Assembly: GCA_030141605.1 (NCBI GenBank)
Contig: JAQGDQ010000176.1
Location: 62,001-126,000, forward strand
Reading direction: 5' to 3'
DNA: 64,000 nucleotides
From: Tubiluchus corallicola
Lineage: Eukaryota > Animalia > Priapulida
Within the stretch, counting starts at the first letter, position 1. Every line of letters starts with the position of its first letter. Positions 51,955 through 64,000 of this stretch are shown here, in pieces. Both the position numbers and the translations under genes were made by a program. The notes beneath the pieces are model-generated. The model was given only the letters and a program-made list of their open reading frames with translations, made no database searches and was not told where the DNA came from.

Positions 51955-53520
51955 TTATACTTATTTTTTTTTATTTTATTCACACCCAATAGTAAAATAC
52001 AGTCTACAATAAAAATAATATAATATAAAACACGTTGGCAAAAAACGTGCGAATAAAATATTTACAAGAGTGTGGTAAAGACACAAAAAGATTAACTGCT
52101 CACATGTGCCTATTGTGTACAAGAAATTTATGCAAGTTAACTTTATAGTACAGAAGCGGCTTTTAAATAAATATGTGCAATTACGATGGGCGCACCATTA
52201 ACATATGCAGGCAATGAGTTCCAAATCAGTACAACTCGATTTGAGAAAAATTGCCCAAATGATACTTTAGCTGTTCGACGCACGAAAGCTTCAGAGAATG
52301 ATTTTGCCTTGTTTTATTGCAAGATACACGGGTAAAATGTTTGTCAAAGTCAACATCAAGTTCTCTATGAATAATTTGGTAGCATAAAGACAAATCTTTT
52401 TGAACGCGTCTCTTCTCAAAACACTTTAGATGTAGAATCTCCGGACGCTTAGGATATGGCACATACATTAAATTACATCTATAAAACAGGCGTCGAATAA
52501 AGTATCGCTGTACACTTTCTATACCCAATAAAGCTGGATTCCAGATTGGCGAGCAATACTCTACAATAGGCCTTATGTAAACTATGAACGATTTTAACAA
52601 CATGTCTTTATCATCAGTACAAAACAACATATTTGTAATTCTATTGGCTTTAGTAGCTACTTCGATGCATTGGTTTGTCCATTTCAGGTCATGAGATATT
52701 ATAACACCAAAATCACGCACGCGTGTTTAGACGGGTCAATAAGAGTCAAAAAAGTGATAATCATGGCCTAGATTAGCATTCCAAATATGTATAACACTGC
52801 ATTTCGGTATGGCTATAACTAGTTGCCACTCATTAGCCCATAGGTTAGTTGTATCCAGGGCTAGCCGAAGATCACTATTTTGACTTGACCAAAAACTCTG
52901 ATAGAGTTTTACATCATGTGCAAATAACTTTACTGTTACAGCATCAATGGCATCAGGTAAATCATTAATAAAACATAAAAACAAAAGCGGCCCAAGAACA
53001 CTTCCCTGCATGGGGTATACCAGATGCCACACATACATATTCACACACATTGTTACCAATAGCAACACGTTGTTGTCTATCGTTCAAAAAAGCTTCAATC
53101 CATGTCAAAAGATGCCCTACAATATCGTTTTATGCTTAATTTCAAAATTAGTTTGGGATGTGAAACTATGTCAAAAGCTTTTTTAAAATCGATATATATA
53201 GCATATACTACATTGCCATTGCTTATAGCTAAACCAGTCATATAAACATTCGAGTAACTGAGTTGTAGTGGATCGTTTAGATAAGAAGCCATGTTGCTCT
53301 TTTGACAATAAATCTTTACATTGTAAAAAGCCTTTCATACTATCAGCAATTCACATATCCATTAACTTACACATGTAGGTGATACTGGCCTGTAATTATT
53401 CGGGTCACTACTATCTCCCTTCTTATGAATAGGAACTTCCGCCAGGTTCCAAACATCAGGTAATGCGCCATCTATAAACGACTTTTTAAAGATATAAGGC
53501 AATGGAACACATATGTTATT
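51955..53520 (-). mobile_element. 5'-truncated, decayed CR1-like non-LTR retrotransposon (ORF2 RT plus 3' tail)
   Basis: Minus-strand fragments PIHKKGDSSDPNNYRPVS, DFKKAFDIVSHPKL, QGSVLGPLLFLCFINDLP, LFAHDVKLY (FADD-derived), RDFGVIISHDLKW, YIRPIVEYCSPIWNP, IESVQRYF; AATAAAATAAAAAAAAA tail at about 51960-51980. Confidence 0.9.
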
Positions 53521-54937
53521 CACCACGATTACATACAATTCGGTACTCCGCGAGCTGGAATCCAGCTCTCAGCAGAAGGGTGTAGATGGCAAGACCGGAA
53601 TCTACCTTGACAATTATAATCCTCTAAGATTATTTTAGTAACTACCTAGAAACACCTTTCGAGACACGCTATGGCGACTCAGATACTCTTCTCGCCTGAA
53701 TATACAATTTGTCTACACTTACTTGAAGATAACTTCTAAAAAAAGTCAGTTATTTACAGAGTCCCTTTTTCATCTGCGCTATTATACCTTTATTAAATGT
53801 TTGTGCGTTTTCTCTTTTTAGTTTACAAAACTCTCGCTCAGAATGGTTAGTTATCAGGCACTGGACGATTCGTGCAAAAATTGTTTTAAAATTTCATATA
53901 AGATAAGTACTTCAGGCGTGAAAAATCAAAAGTCTAGTGCACAGAGTAGCAAGGCATTCTGTGTACATACAGCACAAAAAGTAAACAAAGTATCGTGCAG
54001 AATCATTATATACTAGATAACGATTATATTGATAAGTATTTCGCGGGCTGACATCATTAAACCAGTAAAGTCACAAGAAACAGCCCTAGACACATGTTTG
54101 TAAAAAGAAATTGGCACTGATTCAAAACCCTGGACCAAAAGTTCAAACTAATGTTACTACTACACCTGGCGAAGCACTTTGAGCTGCACCAGGTGACGAT
54201 AAATCACACAAAGACATTTTGAAAGATATCATATGACTGATACAAAACCGCAAACATATATGCATCCTTCTTATCAAATACCTGGTAGACTATATAGACT
54301 TGCTGAACACCACTTCTGAGAAATATCTAAGCAAAGGTTTATTCCGAACAATGTTTTTCAATGACTATATTATTACAGGCTAAAAGACCTTAGCTCGGCG
54401 TGGAACGCAATAAATAGCCTGCATGGCACGACAGTGTTGATCACCGTAAATGAATCACGTGCTTTTTTAATGAGTCAGGTGGCAAGGACGGTTTTCATGA
54501 GCCAGCCGGATTAAGACTGAATTATAGCGTTTTTTAAAACTCCAGTTTACTTCTATTACAACCAACTGTACATGTACAAATAATTATAATATAGTTCATA
54601 AACAAAACGGATGAGTTATACTCTCAAATTACTTCCTTAAAAATACGAGTCCCTCGATTATGTGAACGAAATAAAGAGGATTTTTACTACAAAGTAAAGC
54701 AAACATCACGTTTTAAGTTTGAAAGGCGCCGTTCGTGATCGCCACAATACGTAAATTAAAGGTCACCGCTTTTCCGCTTTACGTAATTCTAATTTAGCTT
54801 TTTTGAAGAGCTATACTTATCTCTTGATGTTTTGGCTTCCTGGCGTCGCACGTCAGCAGAAATTCTGTGAAAGAGACAAGTATACGCCTACAATTTACAA
54901 CAGACGAATTCTATTTATGCTGCCCAAGCATGATCTC

Positions 54938-54985
54938 GGCATTCCACAATGTTCAATATTAGGACCAATTTTAATAATTTTGTAA
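54938..54985 (+). mobile_element. Tiny LINE RT relic
   Basis: Translates GIPQCSILGPILIIL, resembling the RT motif GVPQGSILGPLLF. Confidence 0.45.
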
Positions 54986-56445
54986 ATAGTGTGAAATATC
55001 TCTCAATACCATTAGACAAATGTATTGTACGTACAAAGAACATATTATAATTGAAGATTTAAACCTTAGATGTTTGTTATTAGTAATGTGGCCAATTCGT
55101 CAGAGGCGAGCGATTCAGGGGCAAGGAAATGATGCAGATTCTTGCCAGGTAATACCGAAGCGAACAGGCAAAATCACGATGGATCGTGCAAAATGTGTTT
55201 GCGCTATTTCACTGATAAACTTCCGGCTACGAAAGGAAGCGGGCGTTTAAGTGTACACAGGCACGGATACATAATTAATTACCCAAAATGTAAAAGCCTG
55301 TTTGGCGTTCTCTTAGGAAATCCACGTCAAGCAAAAAATAGACATTTAAAAACCTTTGCTGTGTCATGTTTGTATGGGATGGGCAATCTTTTCTCTTGGG
55401 TACATACCGTGTGATTCCATTACTTTTAAGCCCATTTTTTTCTTAATTTTACCTCACTCGATAGTATTGTTAATACTCTATAATTTTCAAATTTTCAGTA
55501 GTTGTATATCTTAATACATTATCATAGAGACTGATCGGGTAAGGAGGGGTAGAAATGTTCTATTAGTTCTTCAGCCATACCACGGTGAGCAACTGAACCT
55601 TTCCAATGTTTCTCAGTAACCCCGAGTTGTAGAGAACGTGTTCAATTAGGGGTTGCATTAGCGTTCGGTGGACATTAACAGTAAACAAAGACCTGTAGAT
55701 TCACGTGTGAGATGTTTAACCACATTTTTCCTCATCTGGAAGCTAGTGTAAAAGGCAAAGCAATATTCAAGCAGGCTCTTCTCGCACAAACTACCGCCCC
55801 CTCAACAAGCGAACTGATTCCGACTGAAAAACAAATCTACACGTATTACAATGCAATTATTTTGTATGTCCATGAAGTAAAAACAGCTGCTAAGTTCCAA
55901 CTTAATTTCGAACTCTTAAATCATCAGGAAGTGTTTTACTAACAATAATTACAATACTGCAAAATTATTTATTTGCATTACTTTAATTTTAAGATTATCA
56001 GTTAATCGGAATGTGGATTGTGGAACTGAATTCATTCTGAAACAAAATTTAACGAACGATGACATTGCGCCTCGACATTTGAAACAAGGATCTTTGAATT
56101 ACTTACAAATAATGGCATCACTATTGCACTAACCTTATTCCATTTTCTACCATTATTTATTATACTGACTGACATTCAGAAAATAAAATCGACTCGATTA
56201 GAACTCATATAATTCGCAAGATCTGAACGGGACTCATTTCTCCAACACACAATAAATTACAATAATTATCACAAGCTCTAACAGGAAGGCCACAGAGTAT
56301 ATTTCTGTGTGCAAGGGAGTAACGGTAGTGGAAGTAATGGCAGCACGTTTTATGCGTTCCAGCATCAGAAGCGAGTGCAGCATCTGGTTGAAAGATGTTC
56401 CAACTACTTGCCGATGAAGTCTTGTTTTACTAGACATGTATAAAC

Positions 56446-56477
56446 ATACACGCACGCACGCACGCACACGCACACGC

Positions 56478-56525
<48 letters not shown>

Positions 56526-56619
56526 GTTTTTGTATTATATATATATATATATAATACAAAAACGAAGATAACGCGATCATATATATATATATATGATCAT
56601 GTTATCTTCGTTTTTGTAT
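56446..56619. repeat. Compound microsatellite (CACG)n-(CA)n followed by two overlapping palindromes with (TA)n centres
   Basis: Seen directly; palindromes at 56526-56563 and 56554-56619. Confidence 0.9.
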
Positions 56620-57226
56620 AATATAAAACATCTGTCATGCTTACAAATGAACACGATGCCAAGACTGAAGATCGCTTATTAATTCCCCGACGTCAGACGT
56701 CGTTCTAAATTCTTAGATGTTGGTTTGATTTTAGCTTACCTGTAACTTGAGAAATATACGGCTCGGCACATTATCATAAATAATATGAAAGAGTGGAGGG
56801 AGCATGTTGACCCTGCCTGATATCCGAAAGTAAATAAATATGAGATATAAAACATAAAGGAGAAGCAAATTAAAAATTGATATGCAATTCTTACGACTGG
56901 AGGTAAAACTAAATTGGTGATTACTGATTATCTGTAATTCTGGATCACACCAGCAAAAAACAAGTTAGGCGCTAGAGATGAATGAAAACATTTTTATATG
57001 CGGAAGCTTTTCATTAGCAAATTTTTCAGCGCCCGAACACCCCAAAAAAGAGTACCCTAAAATAAATGCAACACTTAGGCCTTATTATATAAACAATATA
57101 TTCACAAAAATACAGTTTCAAAATTATGTCATCGAAGCTTTTACACGTTTTATGTTCTACTGTATATAGGACAAGACTAATAACTTATCAATGTCTGCTG
57201 CTATTTGTAAACCTAAACATACATAT

Positions 57227-57249
57227 TATATATATACATACACACATAT

Positions 57250-57294
<45 letters not shown>

Positions 57295-57305
57295 ATATAT
57301 ATATA
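57227..57305. repeat. (TA)n microsatellite
   Basis: Long TA run with CA interruptions. Confidence 0.9.
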
Positions 57306-60300
57306 ATATTGAAGAAAAAACTTCGCTGAAACTGAATCTTGTTTCTATAGCCTGAAGTTACATCATGAAACACCTGCCAGCAGACGAAAAACAACTAAAC
57401 CATTCGACAAAGGCTCACCTGGGCCAATAAAACAATCTGCTCGCAACACCTTGTTTTCGTATGGACACTGTAACACCTGTATATCAAAGCATAATCCAGG
57501 TACAGAGTAATTTTTCACAATAATTTCCTTGTCTTTATAAGGGTGCACACTGGACTAAAAAATCTGTTACAACTCGTCATGTTGCGATTTCTCAAGTAAA
57601 ACATGACACGCAGCTGCAGCGCTGAAATGAAGTTTGGGCCGAGGGGAAAACACCCTAGACTAGAGGAAACTGGGAGAATGTCAGAAGTTTGTGAGAGTAT
57701 TCAAGTCGGGAAAAAGCCTTAAAAACGCTCCTCAAAAGTCCTTGTTTTATTATGAAAATTTCCTGTTGATGATTATGCTCATTTTAGGAGATTTTTATCA
57801 GGTAAAATTTCTTAGAGAGGAAAAGGATAACAAACTGTGCGACAAAACAACAACGTAACTATATTCTAAATCAGGCACGTGTAACAATGTAACTATATCC
57901 TAGATCGGGCACCTTTAGCAGGTAAACAGGTGATGATTCTCACTTGAATTCACCTGTCCAACGACTGTCATGTCTCACAAATGCTGTGTAAATACTGGGC
58001 ACGTGGCAATGCACAGAAAATTAGATCTACCACAAACGATATCTATTGCGGTTTTTAAATACATGGGTGCCCAGAGCAGCATAGTTAAAACTGACTGGTG
58101 GAGCAGCAATACGTCTGACTGCGCCTTTTTGATATCTTCCCAATAATGCCACATAACATAAACGTACATATGTATCTATGTCATATGGTGGGTATATAAT
58201 ATATTACATATACAAAAAGACTTCTACAAGACCGGTTATACCAATCATTATCTGGCTAAGATTTAACAGTCGAATTCCAACAGTAGCCGCTCAAACGTAA
58301 TTGCTATGACACGTGCACAGAACCGAGTGAATTAGATATCATAAACTCCGCTACCAGTAGCTAACATGTGGCCCACTAAAACGCCCTCCAGGCAGGCAAA
58401 AACTCAACAGACGTCAGCATCTAAAACTTGCGCAGTTTTAAAACAGCGTGCATGTTGTACAGAAAAATGAATTTGCAAATGGCTGGAATAAAGCTAACCT
58501 ATATAAAACATGACCAGCATAAACACATTTTCATGACTCCAAGGGTAAGGTTAATTAAAGAAGTTAACGTCTTGACGAGCCGATTAATTTATTAAAATTT
58601 GATAGAATCGATGCAAATACATTATTTTGCCTTTCAGCTTTTCCAGATCAACGTTTGATTATATTAATGGTTTGAAAAACACACATACAGGCAGATAAAT
58701 TGATGGCGTATTAGCTAGAAAAATCTGTGCTCTAATTAATTTCTGCAAATTGGCTGTCATGCCTGACATGTTTTGTAAATGAAAAGTGTAAAAATGTACA
58801 ATGCCACATGTAAAAACATCAATCCATCAATGCCAACTATTTTTTGCAACTAATAGGTGACACCTATACATAGTTCCTACTCAAACATTCGTGCTTTTGA
58901 TGTCGTGGATACTGCAAGGAAATAAGATAAGGATGGAATTGCTAGAGAAACTACATTCTTGAATGTTCCTCATATTTTATACAAACTGTGAATGAAGTGG
59001 AAATAAAAAGGTCGTATTTACTTAACAGCTAGTCAAAGTCCTATTTCCATGTTATCCTTCCTGTTGGGGTTTTGTTATTTTTCGCCCGCTGCAAGTTTTT
59101 TGCACGTTGTAACCATCCGCTGCCACGTGTCACAACTGCAAATCAAACTTGGTGTGTGTAGGACACCAGAGGGCGGAACAGAATAACGCAAACAATGCCT
59201 TCGGATGCTTGTGGATAGGTAAAATTCTTGGATCTGGTCTTGAAGGTTCATGACTAATGAGCAAGAGGATATGCTGAAACACTCTCTGCTTCTGAGCAAC
59301 AAGTGACTTCACCATAGCTATTGTATCTGATGTGTACAACTCTGCTCATGTACCACGCATTTTGCAACTCACAATACGTGCTGTTTAAAATGACAGCGTT
59401 CACGTCTAAGGTGGAATACTTACAGAAAACATATTGACACAAGGCAGCGTTGTATAGGCGGTTCAAGACTTTGAGCAAAAAAATTCCGAAAGTCGAGTCG
59501 TAATAAAATTTGCAAATAACCACAGGAAGACGAAGGAAAATATATCAGCAACATGTATTCTGCATTTTATTTTTACACGGCGCAAATAATAAATCAATGC
59601 AGTGGTAATGATTTAATTAGACTGATTAAACAAAGACTGAATTTGGTACGTTGATCTGAGCCAAATTTTAACTGCACTTACATAACGGCTAGGAGTGTAA
59701 ATATGTGAATGTAAACCAATAAAATAAATTATATAAACTTCGACTACGGTTATAAACATTTATGAAAGTCTGAGTGTCTCATACGGCAGTATTATGAACT
59801 CAAAGTAAAGAAAACTGATGTCTACTTGCGTATATACGCCCGATGACAACAGTCTACTAAGATGCTAACGTCGCTGCTAAAATGAATCCCACCCACAAGG
59901 GGAACTTATTGAGGAAAAGAGTAATAATGCACACTACACTATAAGTTATTGACCTATTCCAGCTAAAGTTTGCTCAGTGGCTGTTGGGAATTTTAAATTT
60001 TTAAGAATTTAAAAAAATAGCTTTTCACGTTATGGCAGCCGAAAATACCGAAAAAGTCCATAACCGATAATAAAGCCAAACTGACAGACCCAATTTGTGT
60101 TCGCTGGCTTTAATAGCTACAATTTCCAACAACCATTCTAGCCAATATGAATCACAACGCTTATTCCATTGGGTACGTGGTTTAACTTAACTGTTAAATC
60201 CATGTTCATATTCAAAATTGTTTAACGTGCAGATTCGGAAGTGTTGGCAAGCAGTCTGGAATGCGTGTTCGGATTATTATCAAATAACTTGCTTGTCAAG

Positions 60301-60949
60301 GATTACTACAACAGCCAGATGGTACAGGGATAACAATTATACGCCTTCTGGCGATGAGGCATCTTAAAACCAGTGTCAGATCTCTGCTCCAAGCGTGGCC
60401 TGCACGCGCATCAACTATCCCGTAGCTATAATTATTGCAAGCATCCACTCCAGAAATCGTATCCCAGTGCAATAAGCGAGCAGAATACAAAGCACAAATA
60501 ATAATTCTTTGCACTTTCAATGTATTCAAAGTATGAATATAAATTCACAGTAGGGACCGTGAAGAAATTACTAATATCTAAGTGGATGCACAATATCTGT
60601 TCCGAGTGTTTTAATTGAAAACACCATGAGCATTTTTTTAAATATCTGTGTATGTCTAGACAGTATAGTTCTCAACCTCTCAGAACGAAACACTCAAGAA
60701 CACTGAGCTCGGTTATGCACAAAGACATTAACACGTAATTACCAAAAAAAAAACAAGAAAAATACAGAAATGATGGAATAGACTGTTCATCTTGTGCAAC
60801 ACTACTTTATTATGCATTTCGCAACAAAAAACATAAAACGTAATGGATGCTTAAGTATGAGGCCATCCATTTACAATTTTCATCAGTTTCAGCACCTGCT
60901 TAACCACTCTCTCCATAATCTTACAGCAACGTGCAATGAGTAGTGAATT

Positions 60950-61945
60950 TCTTCAAGCAGTAGTTAAGGAGCCTCCTCCCTCCCCACATCACGTTCGATT
61001 AAATCGCCACACTTAGTCTGAACTGCACCTGCAACTGCAGGTAAATGAAGTAAAGTTTGACGCAACACTCATTACTTTACTTAACACTTAGTTTTCTCTA
61101 GAGACATGTTCTATACTTCTCAATGTAGTTTTTGCTCCCCTTTGCCATTCATCCTTCCGGTGTTCGGCCCACATTATTACATCCTGTGTTCCTCCGCCCG
61201 CATTTGACATTATTGCTCCCAAAAGAACTCTTCTATGTCCTCTACCTCTTTCTCTTCCAACTTACTTCACCCTCACGTTACACACCATACTCATTGTTTT
61301 ACATGTCCTGGTATTTAATCCAAGTCCCACGCTCTCTCTGCGTTCTCCATGAGTCTTGTGGTCTTCGTATCTATGTCTTCAAACTCCGATGAGATCAGTG
61401 CCAAGACAACTCATTCACCTGCGAAGTTCAGACATTCCAGAATTGTGTTACGCTTCTATCTTATTCCCTTTACCTGGTTGTCTACTTCATCACGTAGTCA
61501 GCTACTACCACAACGACCAAGAAACCTGACCTTACACACACCCCTGCTCTCAGTGCGAACCACTCTTGTCTTCCTCTCGTGGATCATCGTGCACTTAAAA
61601 CCGTCTTATAGCTGCTTAATTATTTTTCTCATTTTTTGGCAGTGCACAGGCCGCTAAAATCTTCCACAAACTCAATCTATATATCGAATCTAGGAGATGC
61701 AAGTATATGGAAGCATTCCATTCACGCACCTGTTCTATTAGGTTCTTAGAATGAAGATGTGATCGCACGTACTTCTCTCCGACCTCCGACCTCAAACCTG
61801 CTTGTTCTCGTCAACTTCTCTACACCTTCCTTCGTCCTGTTAGTACCTTGCAAAAACCTTGCTTGCTACGCTCAGCAGTGTCACTCCTCGCAGGTTGTTA
61901 CAGCTCTATATACCCTTCTCTGGTATCTTAACAATGAGTCATTTT
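60950..61945 (-). mobile_element. Heavily decayed RTE-clade LINE (reverse transcriptase region), invisible in the ORF track
   Basis: Frameshifted minus-strand peptides VKIP.KG, CNN.RGVTLLSVASKVF, EQAG, RSTCDHIFILRNLIEQVREWNASIYL, SLWKIL, ILECLNF, LALISSEFEDIDTKTTRLMENAE, KLEEKEVEDIEEF, GAIMSNAGGGTQDV, in the order typical of RTE reverse transcriptase. Confidence 0.8.
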
Positions 61946-64000
61946 AGTTGTCCAAAACGTTCTCTTCCCTCTATTAACATGCTAAACTCATGTTAAATTA
62001 AACATGTCTAAGACTATGAGCCACCTACTTGTCTCTTCTATGCTCTAATCATAGAAAATGCTCTAAAACAGAAAGTAAGTTCACCATACGGACAGAAATT
62101 TATTAACTTGTCACAACCATGTCACCATTTTGGTTTCGCACGTTTTTAAATATTATTGTTGATAGGATCTAATACCATTCTAGTTCCAACAACTGAAACC
62201 AACTTCTCCTCTTACTGAATTCCAACTTATGGTAGCACAACCAGCGTAATAATTAATATTAAATAACTGATAATATTAAATATAATAGCGAATTATACAT
62301 AATAAAAGTCAAACGGATCTCAATAACAGAGTTATTATGTATCAATAATGTATAATTATGCTCCTAATAATTTGCATTAAAATTTCAGTCAAGCAGACCT
62401 GAAACTTAATTATATTTTAGTCCAGCTGCTTTAGCAGGTTGAGTTTATGATCTAATCATTCCCAGTAATCGAAAAGTTAGCCTTTCGTTTAAGTACTGGG
62501 CACCATATTTAAAACAAATGTTTAAAGATAAATATTTAAATATAAAAAACGAATGGAAAAAAGTTCGTACAGCCTGTCAACTACAACTATCTCTTATTAC
62601 CAAACAATTGGACTGTTGTTAAAATTCCTGAAATTTTTTTGAATTGTTCATCGTTAGGCATGTTGCTCCGCCGGGCAGGGATTAGGAGGAGTTGTTTGCT
62701 CAGTTTCTTATCAAATAATAGGTTACTGATAAAAGAAGCAGAAGCAGCAAAGTTAATAGTTGACACGCTTATCTTGCAAGTATTCGTGGAACAAAGGGAG
62801 GATCTAGGTTCTATATTCAAGTAAAAACGATAAGTAAAAGTAGCATCGCTTCAATTAAACAGAAATTAATAGAAGCAAGCAACACGCATTATACAGTTGT
62901 TTTTAAAATATCCTTTTTACTCGTCATATGAATGTCTGTCTGACGATCCTTATTTCGTCACGAAAATGAATATCATATTATACTCTGTAAAATAACATGT
63001 TCATTTTTTGTTCCAATTTTTTTATGTTTTAAAAGAGCCTACTTACGGCGCAAATGTAGGTTCTTTTGTAAACACTGAGGGTGTATTACATGCATGACTT
63101 ACTCCCATTTATTATTTTCTCAACAATGAATAAAATTTTGAATTAGCAAGATTACGCCTGTAGACATACTATTACCAGAAATTGTATATGCGAAAAATTC
63201 TATAACAACTTTTCGTAATTCACCACCGCAAGAAATCTAGATAGGCCTACAGATATGCACTGCAAAACCTTCAAGAAAACTATTACTGGATTATCCATTA
63301 TCTAAATCTAATACAAGCCTAATATAAGTTTTAACCGAAGGTGAAGTTCGCCCTTGACAAAACATCTGTTATGAGCCGAAATCAGCGGCCAATCAATCAC
63401 CTGCAGATAACTGATACCAGTATAACCGGCAGGTAACTTTATCATATATAAATTACAAATTTACAAAACTTTTTAAATATATGGACGAACGGTTACGAAA
63501 AGAAAAATGTCTATCATATGCATTCAATTTTTTAAGTGACAATTCCCTATTCAAGTTCCATACAGCTTTCTTTCTTGCAGAAAAGAGCATTAATTTTTAA
63601 CCTCACCAAGGTGATTTTTACATAAAACCAGTTTCGAACATTAATAACTCATTAATAAGATAAATATTAATAAACTCCTGAACAGCCGTGTTCTTTTTCA
63701 ATGTCACCTTTAAAAACAAATTTTTGACTCTGAAAAATATCGGCACAGCATTCGAATAAATGACGAAAGTTAAGTAACCACTTTGTGAAATTACATTTCT
63801 GAAAACACAGAAAATAAAGCGTATAAGGTTGCATAGAGTTCGTTTTTACTCAAAATTCTGGTAAACTACATTCAAAGAGAAGCATTAGGATTATAGTACA
63901 CATTGGAAACCTTACCCTATTAACTAAAACAACAGGTTTTGTAAATTTCGTTTTTTAAAACACTAAGTAATCATTCAAAGCAAAACAACATATGTTATAT

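Noticed and set aside
56234-57394. ORFs with CV/HT/YI repeats
   Set aside because: Translations of microsatellites.

Overview
AT-rich eukaryotic DNA from an invertebrate animal (species not determinable from the sequence), with canonical GT-AG introns. Three protein-coding genes were reconstructed by hand with consistent intron phases. (1) The last four coding exons of sorting nexin 27 (SNX27, + strand, 367-3127). (2) A complete 24-exon TCERG1/CA150 orthologue (+, 7096-32494, about 1113 aa, 3 WW domains plus FF repeats). (3) A convergent FGF receptor (- strand, 16 exons found, 45392-35705: Ig1, acid box, Ig2, Ig3, TM, split kinase); its signal-peptide exon was not found and probably lies beyond the window. 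TCERG1 intron 4 holds a two-LTR but decayed Ty3/Gypsy retrotransposon (163-bp LTRs, GTTCA target-site duplication). There are also CR1-like and RTE-like LINE relics, several MITEs, tRNA-derived repeats, a 270-bp tandem duplication and microsatellites. The most interesting observations are candidate cassette exons inside the FGFR Ig3 ligand-binding domain (one resembles a diverged copy of the preceding exon), a natural Met gatekeeper in the FGFR kinase, and tight TCERG1-FGFR linkage matching the vertebrate FGFR paralogon. No prokaryote-type system (CRISPR, operon) is present.
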